DNA of 64,000 bases from Candidatus Levyibacteriota bacterium (lineage in GTDB: Bacteria; Patescibacteriota; Microgenomatia; Levybacterales; UBA12049): assembly GCA_029260905.1 (NCBI GenBank), contig JAJDCH010000012.1:2249-66248 (forward strand), in the 5' to 3' direction. Every line of letters starts with the position of its first letter. Position 1 is the stretch's first letter. Made by a program: the position numbers and the translations under genes. Shown piece by piece: positions 18,626 to 28,648 of this stretch. The notes under the pieces were generated by a model. The model was not told the origin of the DNA. It was given only the letters and a program-made list of their open reading frames with translations, and made no database searches.

Positions 18626-19627
18626 TCAGACGAAGGCCATGAAGACACCAAGAACAGCAAGAAAAATACCTATCAGCCACGCCCTCATAACTATTTTTGG
18701 CTCTTCCCAGCCCTTTTGTTGTAAATATAAATGAAACGGCGCAGCTGGAAAAACTTTTCTTCCTAGATATTTTTTAGCAAGAAGCTGAATAAGAGATGAT
18801 CCAGCTTCAAGAACAAAGAATCCACCTATTATCATTAGAGCAAGCGCCTTTCCTGTCAGAAGTCCGATAACAGCAAGAACCGCACCAAGAGATAATGACC
18901 CAACATCTCCAAGCCAAATCCTTGCTTTGTAAATATTAAAATACAAAAATGCTATCATCGCCCCCACCAATACTGCTATAAAAATACCAAGCGATTCATC
19001 AAGTTGAGCTGAGTTTATAATCAAAAAAGCAATTAGACAAATAAGAAGAAGCCCCGATGCAAGACCATCTAGACCATCTGTAATATTAAAAGCATTTACA
19101 AAAGCAACAATCACAAATGCTGCGAAAGGAATAAATAAAATTCCAAGAGGAAGCTGACCCACAGCATGAATATATATAAAGTCGTATCCAAGCTGAAAAT
19201 AAAAAACAGATGCTATTATAAATGCCAAGATCCACTGAATAATAAATTTATGCCTGAAGCGAAGACCAAACCAGCCAGTATTGTCAATCAATTTTTTAAA
19301 ATCATCATAAAATCCTAAAAGTCCAAAACCAATAAAGCTGAAAAACAACACAAAAATCTCCCAGATCCTTAGCTGTGTTGCAAAAACACCGTATGCCCAA
19401 AAAGTACAAATTGTTACAATAAGAATGATTATTATTCCTCCTCCAAAAGGCGTTCCTACCTTCCAGGAATTGAATTTATCAAAAAGAGGAGTTTTTTTAT
19501 TGAAGATGTCACGCGTTATCTGATGCTGTCTTCTCAGCTTTATTCTATATAGGAAATCAATAAACGGCACCAGCAAAATAGCTGTTACAAAAAATGATGA
19601 CAAAATTAATCCTAAAATCCGTTCCAC
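18626..19627 (-). CDS. mraY: Phospho-MurNAc-pentapeptide translocase
   Basis: GTPFGGG, YDD, NAFNITDGLDGLA, GDVGSL, APFHL; GTG start. Confidence 0.95.
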   Translation of the reverse strand: MERILGLILSSFFVTAILLVPFIDFLYRIKLRRQHQITRDIFNKKTPLFDKFNSWKVGTPFGGGIIIILIVTICTFWAYGVFATQLRIWEIFVLFFSFIGFGLLGFYDDFKKLIDNTGWFGLRFRHKFIIQWILAFIIASVFYFQLGYDFIYIHAVGQLPLGILFIPFAAFVIVAFVNAFNITDGLDGLASGLLLICLIAFLIINSAQLDESLGIFIAVLVGAMIAFLYFNIYKARIWLGDVGSLSLGAVLAVIGLLTGKALALMIIGGFFVLEAGSSLIQLLAKKYLGRKVFPAAPFHLYLQQKGWEEPKIVMRAWLIGIFLAVLGVFMAFV

Positions 19628-19650
19628 AACTTGTTATTATACTCTATCTA

Positions 19651-20406
19651 CTAGTCGGAGTTCAAATAAGAAGATTTCAGAAGCTTTTCCGCCTCAATTA
19701 AATCACTCTCTGTATTCACGCCACGCCACAAAATATTTCCCGCTCTTAATGTTTGCACCCTCTCATTATTTTCAACTCCCAAATTTATTATGTCTGTCAA
19801 GTAATATTCATTTGTAATCTTGTTTTTCTTAATACGTGGCAGATATTTTTCTAAAAAATCTATTCTGAAAATATAACAACCTGTATTTACTTCCTTTATC
19901 TCTTTTTCTTGATCAGTTGCATGTCTTTCCTCTATGCTTCTTATAGCTTTACCAGTACTATCTCTCACAATTCTACCAGCACCTCTAGGGTTATCTACAT
20001 CAACCGTCAAAAAGGTAAGTTCTGATCCCGAATCAATATGCTTAAGCAACATTTTTTCCAGGAGCTTATCTTTATATAAAAAAGAGTCATCTCCCTGAAT
20101 AACCAATACGTCGGTAATATCATTTTTTATTTTTAAGAGACCTGTTTTTAAGACATCAGCAGTCCCAATCTGCTCATCCTGAACAGCAAAATCCACACCC
20201 TTTCCTCTCAATGAATTTTTTACTGAATCTTTTGCAAATCCGACAACCACTACAATTTGCCTAAGGTCCAACTTTTCAAGAAGTTCTATTGTATGAAGAA
20301 TCAAGGGCTTTCCAAAAATTGGCAAAGCAACTTTGTTGATATTAGTTGACCCCATTCTTTTGCCTTTGCCAGCTGCAAAGACAACTGCTCCTATTTTCCT
20401 TGTCAT
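19651..20406 (-). CDS. GlmU-type uridyltransferase domain only (no acetyltransferase beta-helix)
   Basis: AAGKGKRM, QDEQIGTAD, GRIVRD, EVNTGCY, EYYLTD, GVNT; stops at 251 aa. Confidence 0.85.
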   Translation of the reverse strand: MTRKIGAVVFAAGKGKRMGSTNINKVALPIFGKPLILHTIELLEKLDLRQIVVVVGFAKDSVKNSLRGKGVDFAVQDEQIGTADVLKTGLLKIKNDITDVLVIQGDDSFLYKDKLLEKMLLKHIDSGSELTFLTVDVDNPRGAGRIVRDSTGKAIRSIEERHATDQEKEIKEVNTGCYIFRIDFLEKYLPRIKKNKITNEYYLTDIINLGVENNERVQTLRAGNILWRGVNTESDLIEAEKLLKSSYLNSD

Positions 20407-21737
20407 AATTCGTCTTTTTTTTCTCTTTTTATATTGGCGCCAAGTTTTTTTAATCTTTTTTCAAAACTCTCATAACCCCGATCCAATTTCTCAATTCCAA
20501 AAATAGTCGAAACGCCAGTTGCTGCAAGAGCTGCAAGAACAACTGCAGCACCAGCCCTTATGTCAAGAGTAGTCATCACTGCATCATGCAGCTGGGATGG
20601 TCCTTTTATCTTTACTGCATGGAAATTTTCAGGACTATCATCATCAAGATTGAAGTTATAAACTTGCTCAGGACTTTTAACGTTTGGGTTAAAAAGCTCT
20701 GCTCTTGCACCCATTCTTACAAGATCATGAACATACGATAATCTATCTTCAAAAACTGTTTCATGAATAACAGACTCGCCTTTTGCCTGTGTCATAAAAA
20801 CTGTCCAAATTGATTGCCAATCAGTTAAAAACCCAGGATGAATTCCTGTTGTCACATTAACTGCATCGAGATCTCCAGTTGAATAAAATCTGATCCCGCC
20901 GTTTCCTATCTCAACACCAGCACCTGTTTCTCTAAATTTTTCCAAAAAATCCCCAATCTGGGTTTTATCAGCATCTTTGATAAATACATCTCCCCCTGTC
21001 ACGACGGCTGCAATTGCAAATGTCGCGACCTCTATTCTGTCTGGATTTATAACAATTTCTGCCCCATGCAGTTTCTCAACTCCTTTGATAGTGATCTGAC
21101 GCTTTGCCGAACGCTTAATTTTAGCACCCATCTGATTTAAAAGATCAATTATCTCATCAATCTCTGGTTCTTCTGCGGCATTATCAAGAACTGTTGTTCC
21201 TCTTGCAAGAACTGCTGTAAGAATCATTGTCTCTGTTCCTGTATGAGTGTTTTTTTTAAACTCATAATTAGCTCCAATTAGACCTTTTGTCTTGGCATAA
21301 AAAAATCCATCATCACTTTCATAAAGAATATCAACATTCATTTTTTCGATTCCTTCAATTGTCCGATTAATAGGACGCGCACCAAGCCTGCATCCTCCGG
21401 GATTTGGAATGACAGCTTCCCCCACCCTTGCAAGAAGCGGTGCTATGAACATAGATGATGTTCGTGCCAATACTGCTTTATCAAGAGGTATAGAAAAATG
21501 ATTAAAATTCTCCATCTGTATCGAAAGAGTGTGATCATTAAGCTTTACCTTTGCTCCGAGATCTTTCATAATATCAACCATTACAAAAAAATCAGCAATC
21601 AATGGAACATTGTGAATAATAACCTCTTCCTGAGTCATACATGAAGCAACAAGCGCTTTAAGCGCAGCATTTTTTGCGCCGGAAACAGTCACAGATCCTT
21701 TTAATTTATTACCACCTTTTATTATGTATTTTTCCAT
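20403..21737 (-). CDS. murA: UDP-GlcNAc enolpyruvyl transferase
   Basis: SGAKNA, PGGCRLGARP (catalytic Cys retained), AAEEPE, DIRAGAA, LDRGYE. Confidence 0.96.
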   Translation of the reverse strand: MEKYIIKGGNKLKGSVTVSGAKNAALKALVASCMTQEEVIIHNVPLIADFFVMVDIMKDLGAKVKLNDHTLSIQMENFNHFSIPLDKAVLARTSSMFIAPLLARVGEAVIPNPGGCRLGARPINRTIEGIEKMNVDILYESDDGFFYAKTKGLIGANYEFKKNTHTGTETMILTAVLARGTTVLDNAAEEPEIDEIIDLLNQMGAKIKRSAKRQITIKGVEKLHGAEIVINPDRIEVATFAIAAVVTGGDVFIKDADKTQIGDFLEKFRETGAGVEIGNGGIRFYSTGDLDAVNVTTGIHPGFLTDWQSIWTVFMTQAKGESVIHETVFEDRLSYVHDLVRMGARAELFNPNVKSPEQVYNFNLDDDSPENFHAVKIKGPSQLHDAVMTTLDIRAGAAVVLAALAATGVSTIFGIEKLDRGYESFEKRLKKLGANIKREKKDEL

Positions 21738-21751
21738 AAAAATTTATAATG

Positions 21752-21772
21752 CAAATTTCAAAACTCAAATAA
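21752..21772. repeat. Degenerate heptamer array at the murC/murA junction (contains the murC stop)
   Basis: caaattt caaaact caaataa. Confidence 0.5.
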
Positions 21773-23180
21773 ATTTCAATTCTGAGTGTATTTTATAGAT
21801 ATCTCCTGCCCCCATTGTCACGAGAACCACATCTGACCTAAATCGTTTTTGATTTATGTATTCTACCACATCAACAAGAGAAGGTTGATAGCTGACGTTT
21901 CTGGTATTATTCATGATTTCATCTGTTAGAAATTTGGCTGTAACACTATCGTCTTTTTCTTCTCTGAGAGATGCATAAATATCTGTAATCACCACCTCAA
22001 AGGCATCTTCAAATGACTTTGAAAAATCAATAAAAAGATTCTTAGTCCGAGAATAAGTGTGTGGTTGAAAAATACAAACTATTTTCTTGTTTGGATACTT
22101 CTTTTTTAGTGTTGCAAGAGTTGTCTTTATTTCTGTTGGGTGATGGGCATAGTCATCATAAAATATCCCTCCAGTTATAAGCTCTCCAATATATTCAAGT
22201 CTTCTTTTCGATCCTGTAAAAGCTGAGAGCCCTTTTTTAATATCTTCAACTGAAAGACCTATTTCTAGCCCCGCAACAACTGCTGCCAAAGCATTTTTTG
22301 CATTATGATCACCTGATACTTTTAATACAAACTCTCCAAGCCTTGAAGAAAAAGCAGTTACCCAAAAAAATGTCTGATCGCCTGAAACAGTAATCCTATC
22401 AATAATATAATCATTCTCTGGACTCGTTCCATATTTAATTATTCTTCCATGGTAATCTTTAAGCATCTCTTTTATTTCTGGATCATCACCACTTGCAATC
22501 AAAACTCCATCTTTTGGCAAGCTATTTACAAACTTTAAAAACTCATCTCTTATCTTTTCAACAGAATCATAAACATCAGGATGATCAAATTCTATATTTG
22601 TGAGAACAATTATTTTTGGTTTTTGCCAATGAAACTTAATAGTCTTATCATGTAGAGGATCTGTTATATATTCATCTGCTTCGGCAATAAAATAATTGCC
22701 CTTTCCAAAGTGTCCTGGTGCACCAAGCGATCCTACATCTCCTGTCCCGATAACATACGACGGATCAAGACCAGCCTCCTTAAAAAGAGTTGCAATCATA
22801 GCAGTTGTAGTCGTTTTACCATGTGCGCCAGCAACTGATATTCCTATAAATTTTTTATTAAAAAGATGACCCTTCATGAACTCACCGACTGCCTCAGCCT
22901 GTGTAATAACCTGAATATTTTTACTCTTTGCTGTTTTTACCTCAATATTATCCAACCCGCCATGAGCACCAGTAGCGACAATTAAATCCTGATTATTAAT
23001 ATGTGATTGATTAAATTCGGAAAAGACTTCTATTCCTGCGCTTTTTAAGGCCTTATCAGTTATAAATTCTTGAGCGATATCAGATCCTGTTACACCAAAA
23101 CCAGCCTGCTTTGCGATAATTGCCAGAGGCGTCATCCCAACGCCCTTTATCCCTGTAAAATGTATTTTTAACTTCTTCAT
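21765..23180 (-). CDS. murC: UDP-MurNAc-L-alanine ligase
   Basis: GIKGVGM, GAHGKTTTT, AEADEY, DHPD, DDYAHHPTEI, FQPHTYSRT. Confidence 0.95.
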   Translation of the reverse strand: MKKLKIHFTGIKGVGMTPLAIIAKQAGFGVTGSDIAQEFITDKALKSAGIEVFSEFNQSHINNQDLIVATGAHGGLDNIEVKTAKSKNIQVITQAEAVGEFMKGHLFNKKFIGISVAGAHGKTTTTAMIATLFKEAGLDPSYVIGTGDVGSLGAPGHFGKGNYFIAEADEYITDPLHDKTIKFHWQKPKIIVLTNIEFDHPDVYDSVEKIRDEFLKFVNSLPKDGVLIASGDDPEIKEMLKDYHGRIIKYGTSPENDYIIDRITVSGDQTFFWVTAFSSRLGEFVLKVSGDHNAKNALAAVVAGLEIGLSVEDIKKGLSAFTGSKRRLEYIGELITGGIFYDDYAHHPTEIKTTLATLKKKYPNKKIVCIFQPHTYSRTKNLFIDFSKSFEDAFEVVITDIYASLREEKDDSVTAKFLTDEIMNNTRNVSYQPSLVDVVEYINQKRFRSDVVLVTMGAGDIYKIHSELKFI

Positions 23181-23217
23181 AAAATTTTTTGTGATGTATC
23201 AATACATGGGTACTGAC

Positions 23218-23865
23218 TCAAATCAATGAAATAACAGATGCAAATCTTCCATTAACATTTCCACCACGATATGAATAAAAAATATCCATATTGTCCTTTG
23301 TACAAATATTTATAACTTCAATATTTTTTTTCTCAATTCCTTTTTTCTCTAGCTGATCAAATGCCAACTGAAAAATATCAATAAAATCTCCATCAACCTC
23401 ATAACATTTCTTCTCAATACCAGGTCCAATACCAATTAAAATATCTTTAGGATCTGATCCAAATTCTGATACAAGCTTATTTACCACGTTTCCAAGAATA
23501 TTTAGTCCCAAGCCCTTCCTTCCACCATGCCCTATTCCTACTGCTTCTTTTTTAGGATCATAAAAAAGAACTGGCAGACAATCCGCAACAACAACTGACA
23601 ATGGAATATTTTTTTTATCGGTTACCAGTCCGTCCGCATTCTGAATCTGCCAAATTTTGTTGTCAGTTACAACTGCGACATCCCCACCATGGATCTGATG
23701 CATGCAAACTTCTGCTTTTGGTAAATTAAGTTCAATGATAAACTTTTCAAGATTCTCTTTACTAAGAGAACCATCTTCATTTTTCATACTGCCAAAACTA
23801 CGAGTTGAAATCCCATGTTTTATGTTTCCAAATTCAGATAAATTTTTAAATCTTAAAAAATTCAT
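23218..23865 (-). CDS. pgeF: PgeF/YfiH peptidoglycan-editing factor family
   Basis: QIHG, ADGLVT, VADCLPV, IGPGI..CYEV, CT.....FYSYR; dcw location. Confidence 0.85.
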   Translation of the reverse strand: MNFLRFKNLSEFGNIKHGISTRSFGSMKNEDGSLSKENLEKFIIELNLPKAEVCMHQIHGGDVAVVTDNKIWQIQNADGLVTDKKNIPLSVVVADCLPVLFYDPKKEAVGIGHGGRKGLGLNILGNVVNKLVSEFGSDPKDILIGIGPGIEKKCYEVDGDFIDIFQLAFDQLEKKGIEKKNIEVINICTKDNMDIFYSYRGGNVNGRFASVISLI

Positions 23866-23867
23866 GA

Positions 23868-25070
23868 TTATTTACCATTGGTTATTTTTTCAATTGCTTT
23901 AAGGGCAATCGCGCTCTCATTCCATTCCTCCTCACCTCTTCCGTAATTCATAGATTTCTCATGCCCCTTTCCTGTTAACAGAACAATATCGCCCTTTTTT
24001 GCAATTGATACAGCAAATAATATCGCTTCTCTCCGATCTTTTATTTTATAAACATTTTGAACTTTACGTTTTGAGCTTTTTGTTCCAAGTTCTATCTCAT
24101 CCATTATCCCACCCGCATCTTCACTACGCGGATCCTCAGACGTCAGAATAATAACATCAGCATTCTCAGCTGATATCTTTCCCATTTCAGATCTTTTATA
24201 TTTATCTCTCTCACCTGCCGCTCCAAAAACATGAATAAGTCTACCATTGGTTATTTTTTTTATCTCAGGAAGTACACTTAAAAATGAATTTGGTGTATGT
24301 GCAAAATCATTTATAATCTTAAATTCATTGTCATAGACAATTTCCTGTCTGCCTTTTGGTAAAGAAAAAGTCTTAATCCCATCTCTTATCAAGACGTCAG
24401 GTATACCAATCTGTCTAGCAACAGAAATAGCAGCAAGACAATTATAAAGATTAAATTTCCCAATTAAATTTGTTTCAAAAGGAAAAACATCGGGATTTAC
24501 ATCTGAGTCATTTTTCAAACCATAAGTAATCATTTTTCTTTCCTTAATTCCTAGTTCATAATTCATAATTCTTTCATAGGATTTATCATCTTTATTAATA
24601 ATTGCAGTTTTTGCGGCTTTTAAAAGCCTGGCCTTTACATCAACATATCTATCATATGTTTTGTGATAATCTAAGTGCTCATTTGAAACATTGGTAAGTA
24701 CTCCGATCTCAACCGGTATTCCAAATGCCCTATACTGATCAAGAGCATGTGATGTTAACTCCAACACGACATATTCAACACCCATATTTTTTGATTTTCT
24801 CAGATATGATTGAAGAGCAAATCTCCCGGGAGTTGTGACATGATAGCCAATATCTGATGACTTATCTTTAATTGTCGCGCCAATTGTCGAGATAAGCGAA
24901 ACGTCTTTTCCTGAATTAGATAAAATATGAAAAATCAAATTTGCAGTTGTTGTTTTTCCATCAGTTCCAGTAACACCAATAACTCTTAATTTTCTGGATG
25001 GAAACCAGTATATAAGATTGGCAAGTAACGCCTGACCGAGATGATACTGATTCTTTGCCTGTTGCCACAT
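23868..25070 (-). CDS. murE: UDP-MurNAc-dipeptide:diamino acid ligase
   Basis: GVTGTDGKTTT, TTP, ELTSHAL, EHLDYH, DFAHTP, FGAAGERD, EDPR, GKGHE; start taken at ATG 25070. Confidence 0.92.
   Translation of the reverse strand: MWQQAKNQYHLGQALLANLIYWFPSRKLRVIGVTGTDGKTTTANLIFHILSNSGKDVSLISTIGATIKDKSSDIGYHVTTPGRFALQSYLRKSKNMGVEYVVLELTSHALDQYRAFGIPVEIGVLTNVSNEHLDYHKTYDRYVDVKARLLKAAKTAIINKDDKSYERIMNYELGIKERKMITYGLKNDSDVNPDVFPFETNLIGKFNLYNCLAAISVARQIGIPDVLIRDGIKTFSLPKGRQEIVYDNEFKIINDFAHTPNSFLSVLPEIKKITNGRLIHVFGAAGERDKYKRSEMGKISAENADVIILTSEDPRSEDAGGIMDEIELGTKSSKRKVQNVYKIKDRREAILFAVSIAKKGDIVLLTGKGHEKSMNYGRGEEEWNESAIALKAIEKITNGK
24053..24080. repeat. Degenerate heptamer array in murE
   Basis: cattttg aacttta cgttttg agctttt; encodes KSSKRKVQN. 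Confidence 0.55.
24544..24571. repeat. Heptamer array (ATAATTC-like x4) in murE
   Basis: ttaattc ctagttc ataattc ataattc; encodes IMNYELGIK. Confidence 0.8.
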
Positions 25071-25134
25071 AGTTTGCTTGTATAGTATATCAAAATTCAA
25101 GCACAAATATGGAATTTTGTGTTAAAATAGATTA

Positions 25135-25470
25135 ATGAAACCGATTATTGAGTATGATGATTTTGTCAAGCTTGACCTACGGGTGGGCACTGTAGTTGCA
25201 TGCGTTGAAAAAGAGGGATCTGATAAGCTTTTGAGATTAACTGTCGATTTTGGTGAAGATGGAACTCGAAATGTTTTGTCAGGAATTAAGCAATGGTTTA
25301 AACCAAAAGATCTGATGGACAAACAATTTGTCTTTGTTTTTAATCTTGCTCCACGCCGGATGATGGGTGAAGAATCAGAAGGCATGATCTTGGCAGCAGA
25401 TGGAAAAGATGGAAAGCCAGCCCCCCTCAAACCCAAGTCCAAAGTCCCAAATGGAGCAAAAATCCTTTAA
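25135..25470 (+). CDS. Stand-alone tRNA-binding OB-fold protein (Trbp111/CsaA/MetRS C-terminal-like)
   Basis: DFVKLDLRVG, SDKLLRLTVDFG, NLAPRRMMGEESEGMILAA. Confidence 0.9.
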   Translation: MKPIIEYDDFVKLDLRVGTVVACVEKEGSDKLLRLTVDFGEDGTRNVLSGIKQWFKPKDLMDKQFVFVFNLAPRRMMGEESEGMILAADGKDGKPAPLKPKSKVPNGAKIL

Positions 25471-25472
25471 TT

Positions 25473-25733
25473 ATGCTAGACAACCTCAAAAAACAATCGC
25501 TATTTGAAAAAATAACCCAAATACTTCTACCAATTTTTACAATCGCTGGCTTTATTCTTACATCAGTTAAAAACCCAGGACTTGGCTTAGTGTTTGGTCT
25601 AATTGCACAAATATTTTGGCTTTATTCAAGCTACAAAGCATGGAAAGGAGCAAATCAAATCGGGATTTTTGTCACTTCCATAATTCTTACTTTTGTTATC
25701 TTGTTTGGTGTCATCAATTACTGGCTTTTGTAA
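25473..25733 (+). CDS. Small 3-TM membrane protein
   Basis: Three hydrophobic helices, GLIAQIFWLY; starts 2 nt after the upstream stop. Confidence 0.7.
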   Translation: MLDNLKKQSLFEKITQILLPIFTIAGFILTSVKNPGLGLVFGLIAQIFWLYSSYKAWKGANQIGIFVTSIILTFVILFGVINYWLL

Positions 25734-25750
25734 AAAAGACAATTATAATA

Positions 25751-27427
25751 CTAGTTCGTAGGTGTTATTCCATAATATGTTAAGATCTTCTGCGCGACAC
25801 TAAAAAAAACAGGTGCTGCTGTTTCTGCACCATAAATAGAACTTGTTGGTCTATCAAAAATAACAAGCATTAAAAATTTGGGATCATCAGCTGGCGCAAA
25901 TCCGATAAATGACGCAATTGTTTTAGTCGGATCGTAATGTCCGGCAACAGGGATTTGAGCAGTACCTGTTTTTCCTGCAATTCGATAGCCCTCAGGTTTG
26001 GCAAATTTTGCCTCACCATTATCAACTGCGTTCACCATCATTTCAGTTATCACCTTTGCAGCTCTATCTGAGATTGGTCTTGAGAGAACTTTTGGTTTTA
26101 TTTTTATTTCCTCAGCATCTGCTGTAATAATCTTTGCAACCACATGTGGTTCCATTCTTTTACCCTCATTTGCAATGGCTGAAAAGGCTGTAAGAAGCTG
26201 AATCGGAGTCACAGTTATTCCCTGACCAAAACTTGCTGTTGCAACATCTATGGGGTACCAATTGTCCCTTGGTCTTAAATTTTCACCAACTTCTCCTTGA
26301 AGATCAATTCCTGTTGTTTCGCCTATTCCAAATTTCTGAAGATAACCAACCATCTTATCCAAGCCTAGCTTTTGTCCTGCAAAAACCATACCTGTGTTAT
26401 CAGAATGCATTATTACATCAGTCATGCTTGATCCCGCATAGTATTTATCATTCCACGTCTTTATCTCATACCCTCCAATTGATACAGGACCAGAGCAAAT
26501 ACTGCACTTGGTGTCTGCTTTTACCAGCCCTGCATCCAAAGCACTAGACATGATAAGAGGTTTAAACGTACTCCCAGGCTCGTAAGTATCAGAAATAAAA
26601 GGATTTTTATAAAACAAATCGCTATACTCTGCATAATTACTAGGATCAAAATTGGGAAAAGAAGACATAGCAAGTATTCCACCTGTTTTGGGATCCATTA
26701 CAGCAGCCATTGCGCTTTTTGCCCCGTATTTTTTGACACCATCTTTGATAGCTTCATCCAAAAGGAACTGAATGGTTCTATCAGTATGAAGAACCAGCGT
26801 TCTACCATCAATTTTATTATTTTTATCAAGCTTTGAGAGAATCGGTTTTCCAAGAGCGTCATGAATAACAACAGCCTCAGCCCCTTTTCCTTTTAGCTGT
26901 CTATCATAATAGCCCTCGAGCCCAAAATAGCCTTTACTTTCACCATTTTCACCTTTGCCGACAAACCCCAAAAGCTTTGCAGCCATTGAAGCCTCAGGAT
27001 AAAACCTGCTTGACTGCTCCTCAAATCCGATTCCTGGAATATTCATTGAGCTAATTTTCTCTTTCTGATCATGATTGAGATCGTTTTGTATTGAAACCCA
27101 AAATTTATCAAGCTCAAGAACTGCGCTAATTGATGCTGAATCTGCTTCGAGAACTGAAGAGATTTTCTCTGCAATCTTTTGAGTATCTTTTATTTGTTTT
27201 GGATTGGCAAAAAGAAGATAGGTAAGCTTATTTGCAGCAATTGGAAAATTATCTGAAGTTTTTATTTCGCCACGCAGAGCATCAAGGCTTATTCTTCTTT
27301 CATACTGGTTCCTGGCAATAACTGATAACTCATCTGCTCTTACTACCTGCCAATAAAAAAGACGTGCAAGAACCAAAACAAAAAGAAAAATAAAACCTGA
27401 TAATATAAAACGATACCTCCAGTTCAT
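25751..27427 (-). CDS. ftsI: Class B penicillin-binding protein (FtsI/PBP3)
   Basis: RGEI, RFYP, GLE, EPGSTFK (SxxK), SDN, KTGTAQ. Confidence 0.93.
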   Translation of the reverse strand: MNWRYRFILSGFIFLFVLVLARLFYWQVVRADELSVIARNQYERRISLDALRGEIKTSDNFPIAANKLTYLLFANPKQIKDTQKIAEKISSVLEADSASISAVLELDKFWVSIQNDLNHDQKEKISSMNIPGIGFEEQSSRFYPEASMAAKLLGFVGKGENGESKGYFGLEGYYDRQLKGKGAEAVVIHDALGKPILSKLDKNNKIDGRTLVLHTDRTIQFLLDEAIKDGVKKYGAKSAMAAVMDPKTGGILAMSSFPNFDPSNYAEYSDLFYKNPFISDTYEPGSTFKPLIMSSALDAGLVKADTKCSICSGPVSIGGYEIKTWNDKYYAGSSMTDVIMHSDNTGMVFAGQKLGLDKMVGYLQKFGIGETTGIDLQGEVGENLRPRDNWYPIDVATASFGQGITVTPIQLLTAFSAIANEGKRMEPHVVAKIITADAEEIKIKPKVLSRPISDRAAKVITEMMVNAVDNGEAKFAKPEGYRIAGKTGTAQIPVAGHYDPTKTIASFIGFAPADDPKFLMLVIFDRPTSSIYGAETAAPVFFSVAQKILTYYGITPTN

Positions 27428-27452
27428 AATCTAAGTGTAGCAAATTTGACAC

Positions 27453-27737
27453 CTATCGTCCCAGCGCAATAGGCAGAGGTTCTGTGAGATAAACATGAGA
27501 TTTTGCATCAACAAAGCCTGAGCTACTTGCTTTTTTTGAAACTTCAATCAAAGATGCCTCCTTTAAGTATCTTTCTTTAAGAATTGCATTTGCTTTTCTA
27601 TAGCTTGATAAAGATTCTTCTAGTTTCACCAACTCCACACCAGTAGTTGAAACATTATTCTCAACACCAACTCTCACAATTGTCAAAACAACAATTATGC
27701 TAAAAATTATTGAAATAATAAATATTGGTTTCTTCAT
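27453..27737 (-). CDS. FtsL-like bitopic coiled-coil protein
   Basis: TM plus leucine-zipper-like region; located between rsmH and ftsI. Confidence 0.65.
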   Translation of the reverse strand: MKKPIFIISIIFSIIVVLTIVRVGVENNVSTTGVELVKLEESLSSYRKANAILKERYLKEASLIEVSKKASSSGFVDAKSHVYLTEPLPIALGR

Positions 27738-28648
27738 ATCTTTTCAAAAACTCTTAATTTTGCACTTCTGCTTCTTGGATTCATATCGATCTCTTCATCT
27801 CCTGGCGCGATTGGTTTTTTTGTAACTATTATCCCCTTTCCTATCTCTGCCCATTTTTTGAATTCATTCTTTACTATCCTATCCTCAAGTGAGTGAAAAG
27901 AAATAATTGCTATCCTACCACCTTCTTCAATCACATCAAGTGCTCTTGGCAAAAAATCTCTTAAACTATTCAACTCATCATTTATGGCAATCCTCAATGC
28001 CTGAAATACTTTGGTGGCTGGATTTATTTTCCCGCCACTGCTTCTTACCACTTTCCTAACAATCTCTGACAGTTCCCAAGTTGTCTCTATCTTTTTCACT
28101 TGACGGGCGCTGACAATAGCGCTAGCAATGGCTTTGGCATGATAATCTTCACCAAGTTTATTAAAAAGCTCATACAATTCTCCTTTCGTTAAAATATTTA
28201 CTAAATCTCCTGCTTTGACATTAAGATTTCTATCCATCCGCATATCAAGAGGGCCAAGATTCATAAAACTAAAACCCCGCTCACCCTCATCAATCTGATG
28301 GCTAGAAACCCCAAGATCAACCAAAACTCCTGCGACCGGATCAAATTCATTCTCTTTTACAATTTTTTCTATGTCTTTAAAATTCCCCTGAACCAAAATC
28401 AAATTCTCACCTATTCTTAAATCTTTAATCTTAAATCTTAAATCTGTTTCCGAATAATCTAAAGCGTCTTGATCCAGATCTATACTCAAGACTTTTCCAC
28501 CTCGCTCTAAAATTTCCCCCGTGTGTCCTCCTCCTCCTAAAGTGCCATCTACATAATGCTTCTCAGGCTTGACTTTTAATAAATCTATCGTCTCCTTCAA
28601 AAGTACTGTTTTATGAAAAAAACCAGCTTGTCTATTGTTATCAGTCAT
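27734..28648 (-). CDS. rsmH: 16S rRNA m4C1402 methyltransferase
   Basis: HKTVLL, DGTLGGGGH, DLGVSSHQ, PLDMRMD, FHSLEDR, NPRSRSAKLR. Confidence 0.97.
   Translation of the reverse strand: MTDNNRQAGFFHKTVLLKETIDLLKVKPEKHYVDGTLGGGGHTGEILERGGKVLSIDLDQDALDYSETDLRFKIKDLRIGENLILVQGNFKDIEKIVKENEFDPVAGVLVDLGVSSHQIDEGERGFSFMNLGPLDMRMDRNLNVKAGDLVNILTKGELYELFNKLGEDYHAKAIASAIVSARQVKKIETTWELSEIVRKVVRSSGGKINPATKVFQALRIAINDELNSLRDFLPRALDVIEEGGRIAIISFHSLEDRIVKNEFKKWAEIGKGIIVTKKPIAPGDEEIDMNPRSRSAKLRVFEKI
28415..28445. repeat. Heptamer array (TCTTAAA x4) in rsmH
   Basis: tcttaaa tctttaa tcttaaa tcttaaa tct; encodes DLRFKIKDLR. Confidence 0.88.

Noticed and set aside
25122-25442. 106-aa minus-strand ORF
   Set aside because: Antisense shadow of the tRNA-binding protein gene.
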